64,000 nucleotides of DNA from Rhynchopus sp. YZ270_cl-10 (taxonomy: Eukaryota), in NCBI GenBank assembly GCA_964035575.1, contig OZ037836.1, forward strand, positions 372,001-436,000, written 5' to 3'. Below the pieces are notes generated by a model that saw only the letters and a program-made list of their open reading frames with translations, ran no database searches and had not been told where the DNA came from. Below are positions 35,620 through 47,795 of this stretch, piece after piece. A program made the translations under genes and the position numbers. Within the stretch, counting starts at the first letter, position 1. Every line of letters starts with the position of its first letter.

Positions 35620-36925
35620 CTATGCAGCCTGGTCGTACATCTTCCTCATGACCGGGTGGCAGGTCCTCTCCAGCTTCCTCTGGGAGGACTGGAACTCCTC
35701 CTTGGTGGCCTCAGTGCCGCAGAGCTCGAGGGCACCGTTGCAGGCGTCCATGACCTTCTTCTTGTCGTCGTCGCCGACAAGCCCGCCGGTTCTGTCGTCC
35801 ATGAGGGTGGTGACCATCTGGTAGGCGTAGGTCTCGAGCTCGTGTCTGGCGTCGACACGCTCGCGTGCCTGCTTGTCGGCCTCAGCGAACTTCTCTGCGT
35901 CGTTGCACATGTCGTCAATCTCCTTCTGGGACAGACGGCCCTTGTCGTTGGTGATGGTGACCTGCGACTTCTTCCCGGTCGACTTGTCCTCGGCAGACAC
36001 GTCCATGATGCCGTTCGCGTCGACGTCAAAGGTCACCTCAATCTGGGGCACGCCACGCGGGGCCGGCGGGATCCCGGTCAGGTCGAAGGTGCCGAGCTGG
36101 TGGCAGTCCTTCGTCATCGCCCGCTCCCCCTCGAACACACAGATGTTCACCACAGGCTGGTTGTCCGCACACGTCGAGAACTCCTGGCTCTTCTTCGTCG
36201 GGATCGTCGTGTTCCTCTTGATCAGCGGTGTCATCACACCCCCGTCCGTCTCAATCCCCACAGTCAGGGGGGTCACGTCCAGCAGCAGGATCTGCTCCGT
36301 CTGCGTGCTCTTTCCTCCGGTCAGCACGAAGGCCTGCACCGCAGCGCCAAAGGCAACAGCCTCGTCGGGGTTGATCGACTTGTTCAGGTCCTTTCCGCCG
36401 AAGAAGTCCGACACCATCGCCTGGATCTTCGGGATACGGGTCGATCCTCCGACCAGCACAACCTCCGTGATGGCCCGCTTCTCAATCTTCGAGTCGTTCA
36501 GCACAGACTCCACAGGGCGCAGGCACGACTTGAACAGGTCCGCGCACAGCTCCTCGAACTTCGCACGTGTGATCGACGAGTAGAAGTCCGTCCCCTCAAA
36601 CAGCGAGTCGATCTCAATGCTGGTCTGTGCCGCCGACGACAGCGCACGCTTGGCACGCTCACAGGCAGTGCGCAGACGGCGCAGCGCACGCTGGTTCGTC
36701 GTCAGGTCCTTCTTGTGCTTCTTCTTGAACTCCTCCACGAAGTGGTTCACCATCCGGTTGTCGAAGTCCTCGCCTCCCAAGTGGGTGTCTCCCGCAGTCG
36801 CCTTCACCTCGAAGATCCCCCCGTCAATCGCCAGAAGCGTCACATCGAAGGTACCGCCACCCAGGTCGAAGATCAGGATGTTCTTCTGCCCCGCGCTCGC
36901 GTTGTCGAGTCCGTAGGCAATCGCC

Positions 36926-36957
<32 letters not shown>

Positions 36958-37464
36958 GTCCATCCCCGAGATCGCCCCTGCGTCCTTCGTCGCCTGACGC
37001 TGCGAGTCGTTGAAGTACGCAGGCACAGTCACAACGCTCTTCTTCACCTCCTTCCCAAGGAACTGCTCCGCCGTCTCCTTCATCTTCACAAGGATCATCG
37101 CAGAGATCTCCTCAGGCCTGAACGTCTTCGTCGTCCCCATGAACGACACCTCAATCAGCGGCTTCCCGTCCTCCTTCGCCACAACCTTGAACGGCCAGTG
37201 CTTCATGTCGCTCTGCACAGACGAGTCCTCCAGCTTGCGCCCGATCAGACGCTTCGCGTCGAACACCGTGTTCGTCGGGTTCATCGCCACCTGGTTCTTC
37301 GCCGCATCTCCGATCAGACGCTCGCTGTCTGCGAACGCCACGTACGACGGCGTCGTCCGGTTCCCCTGGTTGTTCGCAATGATCTCCACACGCTCGTTCT
37401 GCCACACTCCCACACACGAGTAGGTCGTTCCCAAGTCAATACCGATGGCTCCGTCGTAGGACAT
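35620..37464 (-). CDS. HSP70: Atypical cytosolic-type HSP70, copy 1 (614 aa)
   Basis: [32 protein letters not shown] signatures; ends MYDQAA without GGMP/EEVD. Confidence 0.97.
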
Positions 37465-37869
37465 TGTAGTGTTGTTTTGTGGTCTTTGGTTTTTGATAGA
37501 AAAAATAAGGTAAAAAGTGATGAGCTGTTTGTTGTGTGTGTTGTGTGTTGTGTGTGGGTGTTGGGGTGGGTAAGTGGTTGTGGGTATTGGGTGGTCAGAG
37601 GGTGGACACTTGGTTGGTGGACGGGAGGGTGTCAGTGTGGATGGTGTTGTGGGACGTGTCTTTGGTGTTGTGCGTGTGGGGGGAGATCTGCACAGATCGA
37701 GAAGGTGGACAAGTGTCTCAAAGTACTACAACATGTAAAACAGCTGTTTTTATTCCGCTTTTCTGTTCAGTTTCCTTTGGGGGGTGTGGGGAAGTAAAGA
37801 GAAAAATGCGAGGGCTGAAAAAGATGTTCTTGGCAAGTAAAGTAACGAGCAGCTAGTCTAAAAAAATGC

Positions 37870-39307
37870 CTCCTACACATTCGTCCTGAATACTGCGCTT
37901 GACATCACCGAGCAGGTTACGGCTCTTCACATATTCTGACACAACACTGCTCGATCCGGTGACGTTGATGCTGCTTGTAGGTATTTTGCATCCTTTTAGG
38001 AAGCCTTTCCCAATGCTGCACACTCGTCCACCCAGATATGTTAAGTGTCTTCAACGCTATATTAAACTTGAAAAACGTGATCCACCCCCGCAAAAAGAAA
38101 AACCAGCAAAAGGGAAGGATGGCACCACGGTGTGCCAGAGAGTGGCTTGATCCCATTTGCTGACTTATATCCAACAAAGAAGCGACACCTAAGTGAACAG
38201 GGGCCGTATACCACCGCTGGTGGCCTAGGTTAGTATATAAGCCAGTTCAAGGTCCGCACTCTGGCAGCGTCAAAAGAAATAAACAACAATAAAACCACCA
38301 GTCATTCCAACCCTCCAGGACCCTCCAGTATCATGTGCCCGGGTTTGCAAAAGAGCAATGCAACCATCCCACGCGTGGCCTTCGTTCACTCAAAAAAGAG
38401 ATTATATCCGGGGACGCCAGGGCAAAAATGCCGGGGGGCTGCCACCTCACGTTTTTGTCCCCTTAAGTGTCTTCAACGCTCTGCATTTGGCGAGGAAGTA
38501 GTACTCAACCTGCGTCACATTGCCCCACCCAGATAAGTCAAGGGTTTGTAATGCACTGCAGCTGTAGAGGAACCTGTGCTCAACTTGCATTACATTGTTC
38601 CACCCTGACAAGTCAAGTGTCGTCAATGAGGTGCAGTTGCAGAGGAAGCAGTTCTCGATGTGCGTCACATTGTTCCACCCAGACATGTCAAGTGTGGTCA
38701 ATGAGGTGCAGTTGGCGAGGAAACCATGTCCAACCTTTCTCAGGTTGTTCCATCCAGATACGTCAACGGTTGTCAACGTCCAGCAGTCGTAGAGGAAGTA
38801 GTCCTCAACCTGCGTCACATTGCTCCACCCAGATAAATCAACAGTGTGCAATGAGCTGAAGTCTTCCAGAAAGGCGAGGAAAAGCTCCCTGATTACAGTC
38901 ACACCTGACACACCACTGAGAGCAATTTCTTTGAACGTGCCACATCTCAGGCAGTCGGAGGGTATCTCAGGAACAACTTCTGCCCGCAGAAACAAATGAA
39001 ATAGCTTGGGATCTTCCAGACGTTCGAACCTCCCTGCAGTGATGTCGGTATCACCCAAGTCACGAAGAGCTGCAATGGCGTCGTCCTTCTGCGACTTCGT
39101 CTTCGTCAGCACAACTGTGTCCCCAGCACTCAGCTGCGTCGTGTCGTCTCCTTCGGCCAGCAGCTTCCCTCCGAGGCTCATGTCAAAGCCGTCTTCGCAC
39201 AACTCTGCTGCAGACGCCACCTTCCGCCGTATGTCCGCAGTTGTATCATCCACATCCACCTCGACTGTGTACTTCTCTCCGTCAAAGCTCTTCACACATA
39301 TTTCCAT
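37870..39307 (-). pseudogene. UBL-LRR copy 9, disrupted by a 404-bp insertion; distal part frameshifted and CaaX decayed
   Basis: ATG at 39307; frame leaves the family sequence at 38462; remainder at 37870-38058 resembles the copy 12 tail (VKSRNLLGDVKRSIQDECV). Confidence 0.85.
38059..38462. mobile_element. SINE-like non-coding insertion (404 bp)
   Basis: Perfect 18-bp TSD ttaagtgtcttcaacgct at 38041-38058 and 38463-38480; no TIRs and no convincing ORF. Confidence 0.8.
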
Positions 39308-40854
39308 GGTTTTGTGTCTCTCTGTTTTATGCAAGGTGTATTCAATTGGGGGTAAATTGCACCCACGTAGGGGCGAACAACCTTCGTGGAGAGAGGTCTT
39401 TTGTTTTGAATTTTTGAAAGCTTCGTTGTATTAGTGTGGACACCCGAGGATGTGCTCCACTATGTGTTCCTTTTGAACTGGGCCACCATCGTTTTCGTTG
39501 GCTTTATGTAAGTTTTGTATTTTCATGACATTTCAGTTTCTCTATCCTCTGCGATATGAAGCGCAAACACGCCGTTTTCAATTTGATTCGCAGACCGATA
39601 CTGACTCACGAAGTTGCTGTGTCAAAAAACACTTTCCTCTGCGAGGCGGGATACCACAGCGACAACGTCTATCACTCATGCGCCTATGAGTCGCTCAATG
39701 GCGTCATGGCTTTTATCATGACTACAGGGGTCCAACCCTGCACATTGCTCTCACAACACAAAATACAAATATGCACACAAATGAAGAGATGAAAGATATC
39801 TTACAATAAGACAACAAACACCGGTGGGGTAAAAACTAAGGTGCGTTTTGGGACTTCAAAATTCTTAGGAGGGTTTTTACCCCACCGATATTTCTACACC
39901 TGGACAAGAGAAATTTGGTAACAACATGGGGGAGGGAAATCACACACCCCACACAGCTCCTTTGATCTTTATCAAAGCTTTTTGATAAAAAGTAATGAAC
40001 ACAAAAAATCAGCGCGTGTGGAAATAATACAGACCGAAATGATTGGGCTCTTTCGGATTGAATGATTTGAATAGTGTGTGTGTGTGTGTTCGGAAATATA
40101 TACTGTCTCTTTTCTAGCTTGTTTAATTTTCATTGTTTTCCTTTCATTGCCCTTTGCTTGTGCTCCCCGACTCCAATTCAATCAATACTCACAGAGGGGG
40201 CCAAAAATACAATTAGCGTTTCTCGTTTTTCAAAAAAAACCTTACAAACCGTACGCGTACCGCTTCGTATGTTTGTATACAAAAGAAAAAATTATTACAC
40301 ATCCACTCGACGTTTGGATAAAGAAAACTAGAGATGAAAGGGGGTTTGGGGGGAAGAGCTTAATTCTTGAACGCATCCCCACACTAAGTTACACTTTTAT
40401 TTTTTGAAAAACACCAAACTCGTGGATACTGAAAAATTTCACTAGAAATGCACGCATGTCTTATACAAAAGGGAAAGGACGTCACTCCCTTCCTTTTTTC
40501 AGTTTTCTAATCCGGGGCGGGTTGGAGTAGAGCCACACTTCACCGACAGGTCGAGGTGTGTGCGTTTCACCACAACCACTCCTTTGTGTATTTATTGCTT
40601 TTATTGCTTCATTGGTAGCGGGGGTGGGGGTAAAACATAAAAAGGACAATGCGGTTGATAGTGCAAATGGCTCTGCACTCCGCAAATAAAAAGGAAAAGT
40701 AGGAGTGCGGATTCAATTTCTGAAAAAATGTGAAAAGAAAAAAGAACAATCTCAACGCACACACTCAGTTGATTAAAAAGGGGGGTAGAAAAATCGTGCA
40801 CCGAAAACATGTGGGATTTCCTAAGATCTAAAAGAACTGCCCTGTCTCGGGTAC

Positions 40855-42106
40855 TCACATGCACACACATTTGCACTCGTCATCGTATACGAGGCTACCG
40901 CCATAGGCATGCACACATTCTGACACAACACTGCTCGATCCTGTAACGTTGATGCTACGTATTTTGCATCCTTTTAGGAAGTCTGGCCCAATGCGCCGAA
41001 CAGTCGTCAACCCAGATAAGTCAAGTGTTTGCAATGCGCTGCAGTTGGAGAGAAAGTAGTCTCCCAGTTGCGTCACATTGTTCCACCCAGAAATATCCAG
41101 TGTGGTCAATGAGGTGCACCTGGAGAGAAAGTACTCACCAACCCGCGTCACATTGTTCCACCCAGAAATATCTAGTGTGCTCAATGACCTGCACCTGGAG
41201 AGAAAGAACTCACCAACCCGCGTCACGTTGTTCCACCCAGACAAGTCAAGGCTTTGCAATGCAGTGCAGTAGGAGAGAAACGCTGGCTCAATGCGTGCCA
41301 CATTGTTCCACCCAGACAAGTTAAGTGTTCGCAATCCGGTGCAGTTGGCGAGGAAGGAGTGCCCTATGTGGGTCACATTGTTCCAACCAGAAATATCAAG
41401 TGTGGTCAATGAGGGGCAGTCGGAGAAAGCCCACATCCAACCGCATCACATTGTTCCACCCAGATAAGTCAAGTGATTTCAACGCGCTGCATTTGGAGAG
41501 GAAGTACTTATCAACCTGAGTCACATTGCTCCACCCAGACAAGTCAAGTGTTCGCAATGAGGTGCAGGAGGAGAGAAAGAACGCTTCAACATGCGTGACA
41601 TTGCTCCACCCAGATAAATCAGCAGTGCGCAGTGAGCGGCAGAGTTCGAGAAAGGAGCAACCTACTTGCGTCACACCTGGCACACCACTGAGATCAAGTT
41701 CTGAGAACGTGCCACTTTGCAAGAAGTAATGGTGAATATAAGTAACAACCTCTGCCTGCAGAAACAAATGAATCAGCTTGGGATGTCTCAGACGTTCAAA
41801 CCTCTCTTCCGTCAGCTCTCTCTCACCCAAGTCACGAAGAGCTGCAATGGCGTCGTCCTTCTGCGACAGCGTCTGCGAATTCGTCTTCACCAGCGTCTTC
41901 TTCGTCAGCACAACTGTGTCCCCAGCACTCAGCTGCGTGATGTCGTCTCCTTCAGCCAGAACCTTCCCTCCGAAGCTCATGTCAAAGCCGTCTTCGCACA
42001 ACTCTGCTGCAGACGCCACCTTCCGCCGTATGTCCGCAGTTGTATCATCCACACCCACCTCGACTGTGTACTTCTCTCCGTCAAAGCTCTTCACACATAT
42101 TTCCAT
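40855..42106 (-). pseudogene. UBL-LRR-CaaX copy 10, single frameshift near 41430
   Basis: ORFs 41396-42106 and 40855-41436 together give a full gene ending YDDECKCVCM; a sequencing error cannot be excluded. Confidence 0.75.
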
Positions 42107-42274
42107 GGTTTTGTGTCTCTCTGTTTTGTGCAAGGTGTTTTGGGGTAAGAAGAAGAATCAAGCACAGGACACGTTGCTTTTTGAATGTTTCCCCCACCCC
42201 CACCTCACACATTTTTGCAAATGAAACACATCCCCTTCTCCCTTCCCCATCTATTGTCCGTTGCATCGCACAGT

Positions 42275-42395
42275 ACCTTCCTCCGAAGCTCATGTCAAAG
42301 CCGTCTTCGCGCAACTCTGCTGCAGACGCCACCTTCCGCCGTATGTCCGCAGTTGTGTCATCCACACCCACATCGACTGTGTACTTCTCTCCGTC
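42275..42395 (-). pseudogene. Isolated UBL-domain fragment
   Basis: DGEKYTVDVGVDDTTADIRRKVASAAELREDGFDMSFGG with non-family sequence on both sides. Confidence 0.8.
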
Positions 42396-42461
42396 TCAAC
42401 TCCTAATGCATATCTCACGTGCGGATACCACCTTGTATCGATTTTAGTCAAGGCTGTTAAC

Positions 42462-43838
42462 ATACCGCGATTGGAAATATTATGGATCGAATTAAGTACC
42501 AAATGTCCCGAAAAAACTTCAAACGTACCATAATTAATTCGGTCCAACAATAACCCGAACCAAATATTAATTCGATTCATATCGTTCTGGGCAAAAAAGT
42601 ACTTGTCAAAAAAATAAGATTCGCCCTTTCCTCGGGGGACAAATACAAAAAAAATTGCCCCCCAAAACATTATGGACCGAATTAAGTACCAAATGAAACT
42701 CAAAAACCTCAAACGTACCATAATTAATTCGGTCCATAATACCCTCATAGTATAAATTATGTTATTGTTACAAATAAATTATTTCGGCGATTTTTATTTT
42801 TTTTATAACATTTTTGCATTTTGTTACTTTTTTCATTTTTTGGATTTTATTTTTTTGTAACATTTTGTTACGCCCCAGGCGTAACAAAAATGTTACTGGG
42901 GGGGCTAATAAAGCATACAGCGCGGAAACCCATGGTGTAAAAATCTAGCTTTTTACACAGAGTCACTCTACGAACCCTTTTTTGCGGAGCAAAAAAGGGA
43001 AAATGGCGCCGCAGGCAAAAAAAAAATTGAGGTACAGCCTGGATGGTGTGGTCAGCAACCCAGTTCCCTATGGTACTCCCGTGCTTCAACCATGGGCTTT
43101 TTATTTTTTCGTTGTGGTGTGTTCCGGGGTATGGGATTTTACACATCTTCACACATCTTCACAACTCTTCACAACTTTTCACAAATTTTCACAACATAAT
43201 TTTGGCCATATTTTTGTGAAGAATTGTGAAGAGTTGTGAATAGTTGTGAAAAGTTGTGAAGAGTTGTGAATTGAAATGAAAATTTGGATGAAAAAAACAC
43301 AGACGTTGTGAATATTTGTGAAGAGTTGTGAACAGTTGTGAAGAGTTGTGAATTGGAGAAAAAAAGGGGGGGTTTTCCCAATTCACAACTCTTCACAACT
43401 CTTCACATCTCTTCACAACTGTTCACAACTCTTCACAAATATTCACAACGTCTGTGTTTTTTTCATCCAAATTTTCATTTCAATTCACAACTCTTCACAA
43501 CTTTTCACAACTATTCACAACTCTTCACAATTCTTCACAAAAATATGGCCAAAATTATGTTGTGAAAATTTGTGAAAATTTGTGAAAAGTTGTGAAGAGT
43601 TGTGAAGATGTGTGAAGATGTGTAAAATCCCATACCCCGGAACACACCACGTTGTAACATTTGTTACTTTTTGCCCAACTGCAAAAAAACGAATAAAACA
43701 TTTTATTAAATTGTTACAAAAAAAATGTTACTTTTGGGTCATTTTTTTATTAATTTATTTTTGAAAAAACATTATTTTTACTATGAGGGTATTTTGTTTC
43801 TTTATTTATTCGGTCCATAATATTTCCAAACGCGGTAT
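42462..43838. mobile_element. AT-rich non-autonomous TIR element with nested insertion(s)
   Basis: ataccgcg(a/t)ttggaaatattatgga(t/c)cgaat at 42462 is mirrored at 43808-43838; internal repeats of ttatggaccgaattaa. Confidence 0.65.
43114..43650. mobile_element. Foldback element: near-perfect 537-bp palindrome built of 10-bp (cttcacaact) repeats
   Basis: gtggtgtgttccggggtatgggattttacacatc... mirrored up to 43650; short spacer at ~43358-43378; gtt on both flanks (possible 3-bp TSD). Confidence 0.85.
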
Positions 43839-45440
43839 AGGTACCCTTTCACTGCATTGTGTGCGCAGTACGACTACACTAAAAGCAAAGATGTGATCCA
43901 AGGCGTCCAAACAGCAGCTGTCATGATTAGACAAATGGCCAAATGCCAAGCCACGTGGCACAGCACTACGTAGCTACACGTGCCCAGTCCACGCACAGTC
44001 TTCAATTTTATGCATTCTCTCTAGCAACGTCCCTTCACAGCACCACCACCACCGCTGTCCCCCTTTGGAAGCCCCGTAAGATTCTCCGAAGCAATATTTA
44101 GTTCCTTCCGTACCAAGCTCTCTCCTTGAGGGACCACCACCACACGGGAGAGAACGCTGCAACGGCAATTATTTTGTGACAAACTGTTCTAAATCCTGGG
44201 CGGTGCGCTCCAGACGTCTCATCAGCCTTTCATACCCGCCATCCGGAGACAGCAACGACACTACTGGGTCCGTCGCAAAATCTCCAGGCCCTGGGAGGGG
44301 ACACATTGGGATCACAACGTCCGCCTCCCCTCGCGACATGTCAAGTGGGGTTACTGTGAGACCACCAAAAGAGATGGGATAGAATGCTCCGCCGTTCAGG
44401 CTTCGTTCTAGCACCGCTGTTATGTGGAATGGTTTTGTTTGTATTCGCCTTTCTGCTTTTCCGAGAAACGTCGTCTCCGTCTTCCTCATCCTCATCCCCA
44501 CTCCTTTCATCGATAAAAACCTCTGCCAGCCCTTCAGCCCCATTATACTGTGGATCTTCCCTACTGAAGCGATGTCCCCTAACGTACCCCTTTTGGACCC
44601 AACAGAAGGCACGGTACTGCGTGAATTGCACCCACGTAGGGGAGAACAACCTTCGTGACCACACAAGACCCACAGTGAGAGGTTGAAACAAGTTACAAAG
44701 GGGAGAGAGGTCTTTTGTTTTGAATTTTTGAAAGCTTAGTTGTATTAGTGTGGACACCCGAGGATGTGCTCCACTATGTGTTCCTTTTGAACTGGGCCAA
44801 TATCGTTTTCGTTGGCTTTATGTAAGTTTTGTATTTTCATGACTTTTCAGTTTCTCTATCCTCTGCGATATGAAGCGCAAACACGCCGTTTTCAATTTGA
44901 TTCGCAGACCGATACTGACTCACGAAGTTGCTGTGTCAAAAAACACCTTCCTCTGCGAGGCGGGATACCACAGCGACAACGTCTGTCACTCATGCGCCTA
45001 TGAGTCGCTCAATGGCGTCATGGCTTTTATCATGACTACAGGGGTCCAACCCTGCACATTGTTCTCACAACACAAAATACAAATATGCACACAAATGAAG
45101 AGATGAAGGTGTGTGCGTTTCACCACAACCTCTCCCTTTTGTCTTTATTGTTTTTATTGCTTTATTGTTTGCGGGGTGGGGGAAAAACATAAAAAGGAAA
45201 GTGAAGTTAAAGACGTTCAAGTTGATAGTGCAAAACGCTTCTGGGACGCAGGCACTGAAACTCCGCGAATAAAAAGGAAAAGTAGGAGTGCGATTTCAAT
45301 TTCTGCAAAAATGTGAAAAGAAAAGAGAACAAACTCAACGCACACACTCTGTTGATTCTAAAAACGGGGGTAAACAAATCGCGCATGGAAAACATGTGAG
45401 GCTTCCTAAGATATGTCACAACTGCTCTGTCCCAGACGAC

Positions 45441-46973
45441 TCACATGCACACACATTTGCACTTGGTATCGTCCACGAGGCTACCGCTATAGTCATGCAC
45501 ATATTCTGACACAACACTGCTTGATCCTGTAACGTTGATGCTGCTTGTACGTATGTTGCATCCTTTTAGGAAGCCTTTCTCAATGTGCTGCACACTCGTC
45601 CACCCAGATACGTTAAGTGTTTTCAATGCGCTGCAGTTAGAGAGAAAGTAGTCCCCCAACTGTGTCACATTGTTCCACCCAGAAATATCCAGTGTGGTCA
45701 ATGAGGCGCAGTTGGAAAAAAAGTTTCTGTCAATGTGAGTAACACTTCTCCATCCAGACAAGTCAAGGCTTCGCAATGAGGTGCAGTTGGAGAAGAAAGA
45801 CTTCCCAACCCGCGTCACATTGTTCCACCCAGAAAGGTCAAGTGTGGTCAATGAGGTGCAGTTGTGGAGGAAGCCCTCATCAACCTGCGTCACATCGTTC
45901 CACCCAGACAACTCAAGTGTTCGTAATGCGATGCAGGAGGAGAGAAAGTAGTCGCCCAGTTGCGTCACATTGTTCCACCCAGAAATATCTAGTGTGGTCA
46001 ATGAGGTGCAGCCGGAGAGAAAGAACTCATCAACCCGCGTCACATTGTTCCACCCAGAGAAGTCAAGGACTTGCAATGCAGTGCAGGAGGAGAGAAACAA
46101 TCGCTCAATGTGTGCCACGTTGTTCCACCCAGACAAGTCAAGTGTTCGCAATCCGGTGCAGTTGGAGAGAAAGTCGTGCCCTACGTGCGTCGCATTGTTC
46201 CACCCAGAAATATCCAGTGTGGTCAATGAGGTGCACTTGGAGAGAAAGTACTCATCAACCCGCGTCACATTCCTCCACCCAGAGAAGTCGAGAGTTCGTA
46301 ATGAGGTGCAGGAGGAGAGAAAGGCGCTCCCTACGTGCGTCACATTGTTCCACCCGGAAATATCTAGTGTGGTCAATGAGGTGCAGTTGTAGAGGAAGTT
46401 GTTGTCAACCCGCGTCACATTGTTCCACCCAGACAAGTCAAGTGTTCGCAAGGCGCTCATCCCGTCGAGGAAGAAGGACTCAACATGCGTGACATTGCTC
46501 CACCCAGATAAATCAGCAGTGTGCAATGCGTTGCAGAGTTTGAGAAAGAATGCACCTACTGCAGTCACACCTGGCACACCACTGAGATCAAGTTCTGAGA
46601 ACGTACCACCTTGTAAGAAGAAATGGGGTATCTCAGTAACAACCTCTGCCTGCAGAAACAAATGAACCAGCTTGGGATCTGTCAGATCCTCGAACTCATC
46701 TGACGTCAGCCTTGTCACACCCAAGTCACGAAGAGCTGCAATGGCGTCGTCCTTCTGCGACTTCGTCTTCGTCAGCACAACTGTGTCCCCAGCACTCAGC
46801 TGCGTCGCGTCGTCTCCTTCGGCCAGCAGCTTCTCTCCGAAGCTCATGTCAAAGCCGTCTTCGCGCAACTCTGCTGCAGTCGCCACCTTCCGCCGTATGT
46901 CCGCAGTTGTATCATCCACACCCACCTCGACTGTGTACTTCTCTCCGTCAAAGCTCTTCACACATATTTCCAT
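45441..46973 (-). CDS. UBL-LRR-CaaX protein, copy 11 (510 aa, ~14 LRRs, longest)
   Basis: ATG at 46973; ends DDTKCKCVCM. Confidence 0.92.
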   Translation of the reverse strand: MEICVKSFDGEKYTVEVGVDDTTADIRRKVATAAELREDGFDMSFGEKLLAEGDDATQLSAGDTVVLTKTKSQKDDAIAALRDLGVTRLTSDEFEDLTDPKLVHLFLQAEVVTEIPHFFLQGGTFSELDLSGVPGVTAVGAFFLKLCNALHTADLSGWSNVTHVESFFLDGMSALRTLDLSGWNNVTRVDNNFLYNCTSLTTLDISGWNNVTHVGSAFLSSCTSLRTLDFSGWRNVTRVDEYFLSKCTSLTTLDISGWNNATHVGHDFLSNCTGLRTLDLSGWNNVAHIERLFLSSCTALQVLDFSGWNNVTRVDEFFLSGCTSLTTLDISGWNNVTQLGDYFLSSCIALRTLELSGWNDVTQVDEGFLHNCTSLTTLDLSGWNNVTRVGKSFFSNCTSLRSLDLSGWRSVTHIDRNFFSNCASLTTLDISGWNNVTQLGDYFLSNCSALKTLNVSGWTSVQHIEKGFLKGCNIRTSSINVTGSSSVVSEYVHDYSGSLVDDTKCKCVCM

Positions 46974-47795
46974 GGTTTTGTGTCTCTCTGTTTTGTGCAA
47001 GGTGTTTTGGGGTAAGAAGAAGAATCAAGCACAGGACACGTTCATCAGTCACGTCGCTCGAAACTCCTGCTGATGCCCTTGCAACGTGAAGTGTGTTGCG
47101 TACTGGCTGTGTGTGTGTGGTGTGCAAGAAACAACAAAAGGGAACAGGTTTTTGTTACACTGCAGAGCTCATGAACAGACGTTACAGAGTTGTAGTCGCA
47201 AGGCGCACCCGTGAGACGCAGTTAGATACACTCGTTCTCAGCCACTCACTTACGAAGGGAACTGCGGTTAGCGCTTCGTGGGGACAATGTTATGTCGCGG
47301 GAGCTTCGCGAATGTCGGCCATGTCAGTACCGTGCCGTGACATAATTACTGAAATAATTAAACGGTAACTAAACGGTGTGCAAGCCACTCAACTGCTAAA
47401 GGGGATATTATATTTGTTTTGATCCATAGAAGTGAATTAGAAGTGATATTCTATTATTTCAGTCACGAATGTCACACAAAAAGCAACTGCGAAAAGGGGT
47501 GGGGCGTGAGCGGGGCGGGTCTCTTTTGGTTTCGGGGGGAAACAACAAAACATGCATCACATCGGCGACCTTGATAGCAGTATCGATACTGGCAAAAAAA
47601 AAGAAAAGCAAATACACATGATAACAACAGTGCGGGACAAATTCAAAAAACAAACAAAGGGGGGGCGCGGGCACAAGTCAGCGACTGTCAGCAGCTGACC
47701 ACATGATGTCTTCTCTTCTGATATTCGTACGTTAGGGGATCTCCTTTTTTTGTGTTCCTTGTTCCTTTTCATATCATTGTTGGCAGTGCGGAAAC

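Noticed and set aside
35656..37797. Long + strand ORFs antisense to HSP70 (also 47832-49775, 59740-61842)
   Set aside because: Well-known antisense shadow of GC3-rich HSP70 codon usage
38200..38270. tRNA-derived A/B boxes in the SINE-like insert
   Set aside because: Box-like motifs are only ~11 nt apart and no cloverleaf can be drawn
43860..44610. Coding-like segment (also 5370-5660, 11130-12230, 14400-14940, 58300-59000)
   Set aside because: Interrupted by stops and no recognisable motif; left unannotated pending a translated search
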